A stretch of DNA of 64,000 nucleotides from Octopus sinensis (Eukaryota). The translations under genes and the position numbers were made by a program. Each line of letters starts with the position of its first letter. Within the stretch, counting starts at the first letter, position 1. Where the stretch lies: positions 160,828,001-160,892,000 of the forward strand of contig NC_042997.1 of assembly GCF_006345805.1 (NCBI RefSeq), in the 5' to 3' direction. The notes under the pieces were generated by a model. That model was not told where the DNA came from. It searched no databases and saw only the letters and a program-made list of their open reading frames with translations. Positions 27,130 to 39,599 of this stretch are shown in pieces.

Positions 27130-27498
27130 AAATTTACACAAAATAGCCACCCTCAGCTCCCACTGCGATCTCAAGCCGGATCAGGAAACTTGCGCATGAT
27201 TCCTTCAATGTGAGCTTGAGAAAATCTTCGAACACCTTCGACATCTTCACCAGATTTGTCATGCTCAGGAAGTTGTAACAAACAGCCAACGAGAAATTTT
27301 GCGTTAAACTTAGGAACTCTGCTACAGAGACATTGATCATGCTTCGGTAATCTTTCGTTTTTGAGTGGCACACTTTCTTCAAAGCAGAAGAACGTTCCTG
27401 GAAGACAATGAGCGATCTGGAAGACCTGCCACGAAATGGGGTATTGTGTATCGAGACTGCAATTGAGAGTTCTACTGTGAAGTTTGAGGTGCACACAC

Positions 27499-27557
<59 letters not shown>

Positions 27558-27620
27558 ATCTCACCGAATAAACTGCTCTTCTCTCTAGACATCACATTCT
27601 GCGTTCCCTTCCTAGTTTCT
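27130..27620 (-). mobile_element. Mariner 5' fragment related to 36033-37318, with internal (CA)n
   Basis: aacgagaaattttgcgttaaactt...gatctggaagacctgccacga matches ~36250-36430 on the opposite strand. Confidence 0.6.
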
Positions 27621-28309
27621 ACAATCACCTGATAAATAATTCCTGACTTTCCTGTGAAGCACTAACCGATTATCAAAATAATATACTTACTCAATAATAT
27701 TAAAAGTTTAAAATACTTATAGAAATTAAAAAAAACAAGTATATGAAATTTTTGTGGAGAGGCAGAACGGAATGAATTTCACCAAGAAACAGAATCAGGT
27801 TTTTTACAATAAAATACTACCACATTCAGCAACATATAGATATTGATTATAGACATTCATCTAATGCATCCACAATGAAACATCAAGAAATACAACTGCA
27901 TCTACGCATCAGAAATAAACGAATTCATAATAAACCAGTGTCAAACACAAATACATTTCATCAAACCACATCTCAGCATTAAACAACTTAATAATGAAAT
28001 AAATTCAAATATATAAATAAACAATAGAAAAACAGAACATGGAAAATTTTGTATCGTGCAAAACGCATAAATCTATAAAGAGTGCAGCATTATCACGAAC
28101 ACCACCAAAAATAGCAACAACAACAGCGATCTGAACACGTGTCAAAATATCAACTTCGCTCACAGGCCAAATTATCAAGCATTTCTAGAAACCATCCAAA
28201 AGACGATATGAAAGAAGAAGCGAAAATTACACTAGCTATCTAAATATATATGTGTATATATGTTTGATCATCCCTTAAATAATGCGGTTTTGTCAATTGC
28301 ATTAACAGA

Positions 28310-28640
28310 AGACATGAGATTTAGGACTGGTACTTATTTTATCGACCACGACGGAGTTTGAACTCAGAACGTAAAGACGGACGAAATATCACAAAGAATT
28401 TAACCGTGTATGCTAATTATTCTCCCTGCATGCCGCCTTAACCACAATAATACATTTTCTACTAAAGGCAGAAGGCATGAGATTTAGGGGAGAGGGCTAG
28501 TCAATTACTTCCATCCCAGTACCCAACTAGTACTTATTTTATCGACCCTGAAACAATGGAAAGCGAAGTTAATCATGACGAAATATCAACTCAGATCGTA
28601 AAGACGGATGAAATGCCGCTAAGCACTTTGTCCGGAGTGC
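28310..28640 (-). mobile_element. Two adjacent decayed SINE copies
   Basis: tacttattttatcgacc and gaactcagaacgtaaagacggacgaaat are the reverse complement of the SINE body at 62590-62777. Confidence 0.6.
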
Positions 28641-29274
28641 TAACCATCCTGGCAGCTCAAATATCCCGAAATCCCCAAAATGTGAGAACCACAAAAAAAA
28701 TAAAATAATAATAATTATAATAATAATTCATATGCCAGGAAACCTAAAAGTATCAGATCTACAACAAAATGTTTTCATGGCGATTATCCTCATTGTAAGA
28801 AAAACATTGTCGACTTGGAAATAACTGATTTTCTAAAAACTCTTTCAAAACCGAAATATTACAAACGTATAGAAACTTAGTTCTCAGATGCTGTTCTCCT
28901 TCCGCTACAGCATATCATTGCCAATCATAAATAACACTCATACTAGAACGTCCAAATTGCTGTTACATGATGTTTCTGGATCAGACTCGGAACAATTCGT
29001 ATAAAATCTAGCAACAATAACGTAAATAATACTAATAATAATCCTCTCTACAATAGGCACTAATCTAGCAATTCTTGTGAGAGGTGTTCCTTATTGCTAA
29101 ACAAGTAATTACATAAACTGTTAAGTACCTGAACTGGTAATTACCCTAAGTGGTAATTATTTTATCGACTCTGAATGGATGAAAAGCAACGTCGTTATTC
29201 ACAGCATTTGGACTCAGAGAGTAGTGAGGTGGAAGAAATTGCTAAACATGCATTTGATCATAATTGATCATAAC

Positions 29275-29430
29275 GAACTGAAATATGAAATCAATAGGAT
29301 GTGAAAAATAAAGCATTCAAACATCACACCAGTAATCGTAGGTGCATTAGGAACAGCAAAGGAAATCAATAGCAAAATAGAGAAAATCGAAGCAGATAGT
29401 GACAGAGCTATTGCAAACAGTTTTCTCAGT
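29275..29430 (+). mobile_element. Short R4-type RLE remnant
   Basis: EINRM*..ITPVIVGALG. Confidence 0.5.
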
Positions 29431-29691
29431 ATTCCGATGTTGTTTTTCTGTTTCGCTGAGTCCAATCGTCACTGTTTGGACTAAGGTTTACTTATACAGT
29501 AATTTAAAATCAGGTTAAAAGCATTTGTTTTCCTCTTCTTCATTAACGTTAGCCATTTGTTTCGCTGAAGGAAAATGATTGCAAGTCATTATTTATACTT
29601 TGTGTCCCACCACCTATACGGCAAGTTTTGATAAATACAACGAAAATGATGATAATAGTAATAAAAGTGAAGAAAAATTAGCTTAATAAAA

Positions 29692-29694
29692 GTG

Positions 29695-29793
<99 letters not shown>

Positions 29794-29805
29794 TTGGTGG
29801 TGGTG

Positions 29806-29850
<45 letters not shown>

Positions 29851-29995
29851 ATAATAATAAATAATGAAAATAATAATAATAATAATATATAATAATAATA
29901 ATAATAATAATAATGCTATTTGTAGCAGCAGCAGCAGTAGTAGTAGTAGAAGTAGGAGTAATTGTTGTTGTTGTTGTTGTAGTAGTAGTAATTTA
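29692..29995. repeat. Compound trinucleotide array (GTA/GTG/ATA/GCA/GTT)n
   Basis: Direct reading. Confidence 0.9.
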
Positions 29996-30469
29996 GTTTC
30001 AAAATGGTCAACACGCATCACATAAACTAGCAGATAAATGTACATATCCAGCAACAAACAGAACGATAGCAAGATAAAAAAAAATAGACAGACCTACTCA
30101 CCAGAATACCAAAATAATTGTACCCACATCCAACTTTGTTGTGGTTAGAAAGAAAAATAAATAACAAAGATGCCCCTGTCGCCAAAACATATGGGCCTAT
30201 AGTATGCTTGAAAATTATATGCAAACTGTACACTTATTGTCTGAATATGTTTCTCCAAGACCACTGCTAAAGAAATGGTATGATAACTGATGAACAGGCC
30301 GGAGGAAAGGAAGGTGTATGGGGTTGTGTTGAGCAGTTTCTCAACAAAGTTTTCCTTTAGGGAGCTCAGCAACATCGCCGTTATCTCTTAATAATATGGC
30401 TAGACTACGAGTCATTCCACTTTGTTCCTCACTAACAGGTGCATTTAACAAGACCATATCTCACAATGC

Positions 30470-31170
30470 TTTTTGCAGTGCCAGTGTTAGTACCAACATT
30501 TGGTTTGTTTGACTGGATACCCAACAAGATACGCAGACTGGACATCTAACCGGAAGGGTACTGACCACTGCTGGTATCTTCTACGTTTACGACCATACCG
30601 ATAGAGTCTATGTGAAACGAGTTGATGTTTGTAGAGGTCAGTAGTCAGTTCAAATTGCTGTCCGATAACAGCTGCTGAAGAAAGAAAGAAGTACATTCCA
30701 TAAATACTGAAAATTAAGAGCAAAACATCTTAAGAATTAGTGAAAATCTACTGGGCATGTTCTCTGAGAATATAACAGTCTCCTGCAACTGAAAGGAGAC
30801 TGGACTGGCCTACCAAAACAGAAGCTTGGAGGAGAAGCGGGCATCATGCCAACAAAAAGCAATGCATGGGTATATATTCCGTAAGCTAGAGGGCAACAGC
30901 AGCATTGACAAGAAAAGAAACCTCGCCCGGACGCGTAATAGATACATTACATCCCACCAAGAAGGATATGCCTTCGCTATCAAGGAACAGGAGATAGTTA
31001 TTAAATCCTGATAAACAAGAGAGACAATGATATCACCAAACGTTTACGTTGTAATAGAAAATGTGAGCTCTGCAGAAGATATCACCAGTATCATTAGCAG
31101 TTGACCCAAATTGTCTACCAGATACTACATGCCCTGTGGCATGACATAGCTGCAAAGACTGTTTATAATG
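30470..31170 (+). mobile_element. Decayed R4-type LINE (thumb to zinc-knuckle region)
   Basis: DRVYVKR..RG, KAMHGY, EGYAFAIKEQEI, IISS*PKL, HDIAAKTVYN. Confidence 0.65.
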
Positions 31171-31910
31171 CTACCCACAGGAATGACTGCCCAGACGTAT
31201 GCATCAAAGTTACGACAGATGTGCCAGAGAAAGCAAAAAAGGACAAAGTGGGAAAACCCGAAAAGGAAAATAAGGAAACGACGGAGGTGACCGTGGAAGA
31301 AGCTGGAAGGCAGAAGAGCGACAACAAGGAAGGCAGCGAGATGGAATTCACGCAAGAGACGCACAAGAGGAAGAAGCCCATTTCCATCGACTCCCCTTCC
31401 CAAACATAAAAAAAACAACAATGCAAACAGACAACATTAAAACAATTCCCCAACTCCACCCCTTTGGCACTGTGTTCGTGGGGACGAAAAATGCCAAACC
31501 CCACCCCATAAACCCAGAAAGAAAAATAAAGATAAAGATATTTCTCTCGACTCGAAAAATGAAAGAATATTTCGTTTCGTAAAGGCGCACCATCAAATAA
31601 AACTCTTAAGCAGAACGGCAGACAACCAGTCTGCTGTTTGCTACGCAAGGGTGTGCGATGACGGGTGGATGGACAGAATTCTGCAAGAACAGCTGAAAAA
31701 AAAAAGGATGTGAATGATATCGCTCAAGAAATAGCGGACGGGAAAATAACAATTACCCTGGCAGCCACACCAAGCCAGAGCCCGGTGGCCACACCGGTAA
31801 AAATCCCAGCGGTTATGTCTACTAAGGGGAGAGAGGGAGAAGCAGTCAGACAGAAACTGCCATACGCCCGGTCGCAACCGTAAGTAGAAAATTTAATCTT
31901 TCGTTCATCA

Positions 31911-32465
31911 ATGATTAAGTTAGGTTGTATAAATGTGCGTGGGCTGAGGTCGAAATGGAAACAAGCTTATTTCCTGAACGACCTCAGGATACACAGTATA
32001 GATATAGCCGTTGTAACCGTCTATACAAACTGGCAACAGAATGGGAGAATTTCCAGTGCTCTAAGCCGGAGAGGGATGACGCTGGTCCAGAAAGATCCGA
32101 GCAAGGGGGATAGTATTAGTAACTACCGGTCTATAACTCTACCTAACGTAGAGTTAAAGATTTTGGCCAAGGTGCTAGCGAAAAGGTTGATGGATGTCGT
32201 GGAGAAACTTGTCGGGAATGCACAGACATATGCAACACCCGGCAGGTCGATCCAGGACAATCTTCACCTTATCCGCCACACCTTAGACAGGCTGGGTAAA
32301 TTAGCCGGCAAAGGTGGCGCAATAGTCCATTTAGACCAAAGTAAAGCATTTGATAGGATCAACCATCAGTACCTGGCGGTGGTCCTCGAAGCGGCTGGGC
32401 TGGGCCCAGTCTTCCGCGGATGGATCTCTGCTATGTACAGCAGCATCGAGTCCACAGTCCTGATA
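31911..32465 (+). pseudogene. L1/Tx1 ORF2 remnant: APE N-terminus fused in frame to RT N-terminus
   Basis: MIKLGCINVRGL.. then NYRSITLPNVELKILAKVLAKRL..PGRSIQDNL..LDQSKAFDRINH. Confidence 0.8.
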
Positions 32466-32874
32466 ATCCGCCCAATGTCATATTTTAATTTAAGGTAAAA
32501 AAGGTGGTGTCAAAAAAAAACAAAAACCCAGTTAATTGTACAATAATGAATGCCATTTGTAAATATATTCATCCGAACTCAGATATCATTTTTGTGTGTT
32601 TGTAATGTTCTGTAATGTGCCCCTGTGTTTGATTGTATAGTCATAAGAAATATATTCATCATTAGCTCGTGATTAACACACGTTGAGGACGGGAAACCAC
32701 CCAGAAACTCGAGTACATGTGTATCACGTAAAGCCAGAGAAGAGCGCGATGACCTCTCCTCGCAAATACTAATCGGACACACAATGTGTGTCGTTAGGCA
32801 GCTGGAAGGGATGTCTTCCTGGGGCTATAAACGTCACTAGCACTGTCCCGTATAGGACGCCAAGCTTGGTTGGC

Positions 32875-32920
<46 letters not shown>

Positions 32921-33171
32921 GAGTTTGTCTGTGTCTATTTCTTCCAACTACTGCTTAAAGACTGGTGTTGTTTTTTACGTTCCTGTATCTTAAGAGTTCA
33001 GCAAAAAACCCAAATAAAATCGGTACCAGGCTTAAAAATGTATATGACTTGCAGTCGATTCGTTCTACTAAAATTCTACACGGTGATGCCCCAGCATGGC
33101 CATAATCTAAATGATTGAAACAACTGGTGTGTGTGTGGGAATATATATATATATGTGTGTGTGTGTGCGTA

Positions 33172-33233
<62 letters not shown>

Positions 33234-33498
33234 ATATACTCCCACACACACAACACATGTATATTGCATACACATACATACAGTAACTAGAAATCATGTT
33301 TTATGTTTTGGTCCTTTAGAAAATATATGGATATGTATGAATATGTGTATGTATGTGCATATTCATTTCTACACACACACATATACGTATACACACACAT
33401 AATCCGTATGTATACACATATAAATATAAATATATATGTGTGTGTGCGTGTGTGTGAGAGAGAGAGAGTATGAGTATATGCATGAATTTAAAGAACAA

Positions 33499-33538
33499 AT
33501 GACAATTCAACTGTTAAAATTATTTCTCTACACTACAG
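33499..33538 (+). CDS. PAN/Apple + C-type lectin protein, exon 1 (MTIQLLKLFLYTT)
   Basis: ATG at 33499, GT donor at 33539, phase 1 matching exon 2; exon and donor conserved in the paralog. Confidence 0.6.
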
Positions 33539-33611
33539 GTATAAACTTGTTTGTGTATTTATGTTTGTGAGTATACACACACCGACACCCACACAAACAC
33601 GCAGACACACA

Positions 33612-33648
<37 letters not shown>

Positions 33649-33663
33649 ACACACATACACAAA

Positions 33664-33714
<51 letters not shown>

Positions 33715-33975
33715 TCAATTAGAAAATATTTCACTGCATTGACAGAGATTCATGGTTAGATGGTCACACGGTTCAGATTGTTTGCACAGACAGTTTCATT
33801 TCCTTTTAAATAATAAAAAACAAAAAGAACAAAACCGTAACACAACAATTATTCAATACGAAATATATATAAATAAGAGAACTTTTATGTATGAAAAGTG
33901 GTAATCATTTTCACTCGTTAACATTTTACGTGTTGTTCATCACAGAATATTAAAGAAATATGTATTCCTTCTCAG

Positions 33976-34314
33976 TCGGGCACGTCATTCGAAAAGCAAA
34001 TCTTCACGTACTTACTATCCTAGTGCTGTTATTGCAGATGTACTTGGTGGGTAGCGTGAGTTCCAGAGAATATTATGGGATTCGTATTAATCCTTCTGTA
34101 ACTGGCATTCCAGAAGAAGACAAATTGAATAAGATGTCAAACATCCGATCACGTATTGAGTGCTTTTCTTTCTGTATGACAAATTCCAAATGTGGTATGA
34201 TTATTTACAGCGGTTCCGAGAGAGTATGTATCCTACGTAAAATCAAGCAACTACCTGGTGCCCCATCATTCATCGACATTCCTCCAAACAGTATTTACAC
34301 CATGCTTCAAGCCC
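33976..34314 (+). CDS. Exon 2: hydrophobic signal-like segment + PAN/Apple domain
   Basis: ttccttctcAG acceptor, GTGAGT donor; VLTILVLLLQMYLVG; ECFSFCMTNSKCGMIIY..VCIL. Confidence 0.8.
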
Positions 34315-36032
34315 GTGAGTAGTTTCCTTTTCTAGTGTATGTGTTGCGCATATTATTACCTTTTCTTTCACTTATTATTTAAACCCTCTTCTTTTGATAT
34401 CGAAGACGATATCTGTGGTCTGAGATAAATTTCGACCCTATTTCTAGGTCATCGGAGACGTAAAGATTCTCTTTTTGGATCATGTTGCAAATGTTGTTCA
34501 AAAATAATTATTCTTACTGTCATTTCAGCTTAGTAATGTCGTCTTAGCATAATCTGCAATGTATTCAGACCTACGTGAAACTCGTTTTTTTTAAAGACAG
34601 TTGTATATTTATATGAAGGCGATTTTTTACAACTACATATAGGCCATTTTTAGATTCGTATTGCGCTAGTGTGTGTATGCTTGTGTATTGAGAGAGAGCG
34701 TGTGTATGCTTGTGTGTTGAGAGAATGTGTATGTGTGTGTGTGCTTGTGTGTTGAGAGAGAGCGTGCTTGTGTGTTGAAAAAGAGCGTGTGTGTGTTTTT
34801 GTGTTATGCGTAGGTATGAGCTTTTTGATTATAAATTTAATACGTAAAGTATATTTTGGTAGTATATTTTTAAAAACTCGTGTTTGTTTCTATAGATGAA
34901 TGCCCAACAAAAAATGGTTTTATTATCATGTAAGGTCACTGGTATAGATAGATAAGATCTGGTAATATATATTAATAAGGATCACAAAAGTCATTGGATG
35001 CAGAAGGCTTTTCCCTGATCAGTGGATTATATCGGAGACTCTCGAATTATGCCCAAAGGAAAAAAATTAGTTTTCAATGAAAAAAGTTATCCATAAATAA
35101 AATTTAATGAAAGTAAAATTTATAAAAAAACGTTATTTATAATTTTTCAAAAAATCCAGTCATTGCATGCTTTTTGTAAGATCAAGTTTTCTCTAAAATA
35201 AGTCTTGCTCCAGATAATGTATTCTTAACAGTAAAGTTGCAAAATATTGTTTGACTCACTTGATGTTTTGGAAATATCGAATAATGTTTCCGCAGTAAAT
35301 TAAGTTTGAGAACCTCTGAATGAGACATCTTGCTGCTATAATTGCACACACAACTACACCTGACATATATATAGAATAGTTTTCTACGCCATTTGGTAAT
35401 ATTTAATTTAATATTGATAGGTTCCATGTAAAACAATGGACGTTACCATCAGTGATTGGTGTTGTGAAGGGCCTGTGTATAAGTAAGCATTTTATAATTG
35501 TTGATTTCAAGAAAGGTTAGTTGAAGCAGCATCAGTAACATTCCTGACTGTATTTTTGACATTTTTCGTTGAATATATTTCTTTCAGAAATATTTAAGTT
35601 CTTATTCGAGTTATAGATTATTGTTGCTGTTCTTGTAGTTATTAATCTTCTTGTCGTTGTTGTTGTTCTATTATCACAATTTGATCGTATTTGGTGCTTT
35701 TCGTTACGGTTTACTTCTCCTTCATTGGTATCTAAATGAGTATGTTTGCTAGACCCAGTAGGTGGCTTATTGAACTGTTATCGCATGTTATCGCTATTGT
35801 TTATGCTGTGCATATGCTGCTCCACCTAAATTAGTGAAGTTAGCGTCAGATACCTTCACGGTGTGACGATTATATATATAGAGAGAGACATACACTCAAT
35901 CATATATACATAGACACATTTATTTACATACTTATTTATATACATCAGTGGTCAATGAGGAAAGGAGGCGGAGAGACAGCTACGGGAAGGAAATAGAGAT
36001 GAGAGAGGGATATTTTGCACTACGTATATCTA

Positions 36033-37318
36033 CGAGGCTGTATCAAAAAGTTCCCGAAATAGTTCTGTAGCGCGCCAACAGTTGGCAGCACACCGTTGTG
36101 CGCGTAGTGAGAGCTGGCAGTGACCATCATGAGGCAATGTGCCTATTGACATTGCTGTGTTTACTTCGTAAGTTCGGAAATTTGTATGTTTGTGATCATT
36201 TGTATGCTGTAGTCTGCTATTTTGTTATATTGAGGAAGCTGGAACAAACAGCCAACGTAAAATTTTGTGTTAAACTTGGGACGTCGGCTACAGAAACATT
36301 GAGCATGCTTGCCAAGTTTACGGTGACGAGGCAACGGGTCGAACGCAATGTTTCGAGTGGCACGGCTGCTTCAAAAGCGAGTGAACGTCCCCGGAAGACA
36401 ATGAATGATCTGGAAGACCTGCCACGAGAGTCACCTCCGAAAATATGGAGTAAATTACTCAGATTGTGCATGACGATCGCTGGAAGACATTCAATGACAT
36501 TGCTGATGTTGTTGGTCCATCGCATGAGTTCAAGCAGGAAATCCTAACATCTGAATTGAACATGCGACGTGTCTCTGCCAGGTTTGTCCCTCACCAGCTG
36601 ACTACTTAGCAGAAAGAATATTGCATTGAAATCTGTCAAGGTTCTACGTCAGCGTGCCACTGATGACCCGTCCTTCATGTCGAGGATCATCACCGTTGAT
36701 GAGAGTTGGATCTACGGGTAGGAACCTGAGACGGAGCAGCAGTCGTCACAATGGAAAAGCCCTCCATCTCCACGACCGAAGAAGGCACGACGGAGACGCA
36801 ACTCAATCAAGAGCATGCTCATTGCTTTTTTTCGACATCTACGATCTTATGAATCGAGAATTCAACCCTCAGACCGTCAATCGAGAGCTCTACTGCGATG
36901 TTTTGAAGCGTCTGGAGGAGGACATTCAGTGAATGCAACTGGATCAGTAGAGCGTGAAGAATTGTATTCTTAACGACGAGAATGCTCCCTGTCACGGAGT
37001 TCTCCTCTCTCCTGAGTTTCTCGCTAAACACAACGTTGTATCGCTTCCGCATCCACCATATTCACCAGATTTAGCACCTCCGGACTTCTATTTTTCCCCA
37101 AGATGAAAACGCTGTTCAAAGGTTGCCGTTTTAACACCATTGACGTGATCAAGTGCGAATCGCAAATGGTCCTCGACTCGCTTACGGAAAATATTTAGGC
37201 CGGATTACAAAAGTAGCAGGACCGGTGTATTGCTGCTCAAGTTGACTATTTCGAAGGAGACAATGTTAAAACGTTTTATTACACATAACTTGTCCGTGAA
37301 CTGTTTGATATCACCTTG
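36033..37318 (+). mobile_element. Decayed mariner in intron 2
   Basis: TA+cgaggctgtatcaaaaagttcccg and degenerate right TIR; FVPHQL, IITVDESWIYG, HPPYSPDLAP. Confidence 0.85.
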
Positions 37319-39216
37319 TTTGATATCACCTTGAGGGTAAATTTGGGGAAGTGTGTTGCTCAGAGAGGAAGAAAGTCTGAAGTTTGCAGGAAAGTCAGAT
37401 AAATAGAAATTACTGAGCACATTTGATTAAAGTGGAGTTAGGAGTTAAAATTGTGCAAATAACATCATTGCAACTAATCGAAAAGTTCGGAAACATTGTG
37501 TATACGAGTGGAGGCTGAAATGTTCTTGTCTTTGGGCAAAAGAAAATACAGGAGGATCAGTTAATTATGATTTTATTTAACTTTTCCCCTTCTCAGATTC
37601 ACACACTTATTACATCGGTCCTTCAGTTTCCTTGAGCCATGTAAAATGAGCTCAGAATGTTGAGCCTCCAACCAAGCCTCTGTAGCAGTGATCACTTCCG
37701 AATAGGAGTGAAATTATCATTAAAAACTACTGTTTGCTAATTTAATTAACAGGGTATTTTCCTGCGTTGTGATAATAACACATCTCAAATCTCAAGAATA
37801 TTTCTTAGAGGTCTTGCATATATTCCTATATCCTTTCAGCTTTTTGGGGGTGTTGTGTTGAGTGCACCAATTAAAAGAAGATTTTTTTTTTATATGCAAT
37901 CTAATATCGATAGACTGTGTAGCGATTAGAATGAACTTGAGTTGGATTTGAACTCAGTAATTTAAAGCATTAAAAAATTACCACAAGTTAATTTGTCTGA
38001 TCATTTATCTATTCTCCCGCATCCCAGCCACAAATTAAAATTGAGAATAGCTCAAAGATATTAATAGTTCATGATACTAAGCTCCAGTTCACCTCTTATA
38101 GAGCGGACCCCTGATCCAAAGCGTTCCAGATATAACCATTCGTTATTTTAAAAATGGTACAGTGTATTATCTGTGTTGCTATAACGAACGCATTAAATGA
38201 TGTTTTAGTGTCTTTGTTGTTGATTCAACTCTTCGTGAGTCGTATTAATGAATGGCAGAAGGTGTTTTGTTTGCATATTTAAAAGATGAGTGGAATATAA
38301 AACAGTTTTATCTGCAGAGGAGTTTTGGGTTCTAAGCGGCTGAGAGGACATTATTATCAGAGTTAGAAGAGCTTAGAAGAGATTATTTAATTCGCATAAA
38401 GTACATTAGTCGACAATCGAAGACCCATTAAAGAACCAGTCGCTTCATATGCTGCGACAAAACATCCCGTTAAGAATCTCCCAATCCAGTTTGAAGATGA
38501 AGTCGATAAATGAGCATTAGTTTACTGGAAGATTCTCAATCAGCTGTAGTTTAAAATCATATAAAGGAATCAAATTCACAATATATCTCATATCGAAGTT
38601 GCCAAGACATGTAACTATAAATGTGTCGTGTAAAAATATGATAAAATGACTATTAGAAATCACTGAGTAACGGAAAAATACACAAGGTGATAAAAAAGGG
38701 AACCTTTAATAATAAGTTAGAGATGCTTGAGATAAGAGCAATAATCGGGATATTCGTAAGTTAGGAAGGTTACTTCTTTACGCTTTAATGATGCAGTAAT
38801 CAGTTTCTATTCATATTAATTAAGATGTGGGGAGTATCAACATTGGTGAGTTTAACACCTGAGCATACATTTCTAACTTTAGTGGATGGAATATCGATTG
38901 GTCACACTATCTTGATGTATCGTGAGGAATAAAATATTTAATACATAATAACTATGAGCATTACGGGATGAGAGAACGTTGTAGAAAAGAAAATTTTAGA
39001 AAGAGATTGTGTACGGAAAAACAAAACTGGAAGGTAAATGATTATCAATTCTGCTTGTCAGTGTACAGTTAGAAATCAGTCTGAATTGGGGTGTACTGAG
39101 TGAGAGAAAATAATTCTAAGTCAGTCAGAAGTTAATATTGGCCTGAAATTAACACAAGTTATTACCTCTCCAAAAGATTTAACGCATGAAACATATTTTT
39201 CCTTGTCTTCCTAAAG

Positions 39217-39390
39217 CTGAATGTCCAACGTCAGACAGCTACACTTATCAACCAGAATTTAGATTATGTTATCAAATAAATTCAAATAAAATGTCATGGA
39301 ATAACGCTGCAGACGATTGCAATGAGAAACGAGGACAACTTATTCACATTAGAAATTTAGAAGTAATGCTCTATCTACAAGAAAAATTGA
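39217..39390 (+). CDS. Exon 3: C-type lectin domain N-terminal half
   Basis: AG/GT boundaries, phase 1-1; CP..Y..LCY..SWNNAADDC..RGQLIHI. Confidence 0.85.
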
Positions 39391-39599
39391 GTGAGTAACA
39401 GTTTGTTATTTTATACACACACTCCCGCACACATAACACGCACTCACGCGCTTTCTTTCTCTCTTCCTCTCATTAAAAACATACACGCGCACGCGCACGC
39501 GTACACACGAGCGCAAATGTACTCAAGATATATCAAATTTCATAAACTATAACTGTTCAATGAAATTCTTGATTTAAATTTTCTGCTATTTTGCAAATT

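Noticed and set aside
33482-33502. Six-codon uORF whose TGA overlaps the lectin ATG
   Set aside because: The transcription start is unknown, the uORF is not evidently conserved in the paralog, and it is expected by chance.
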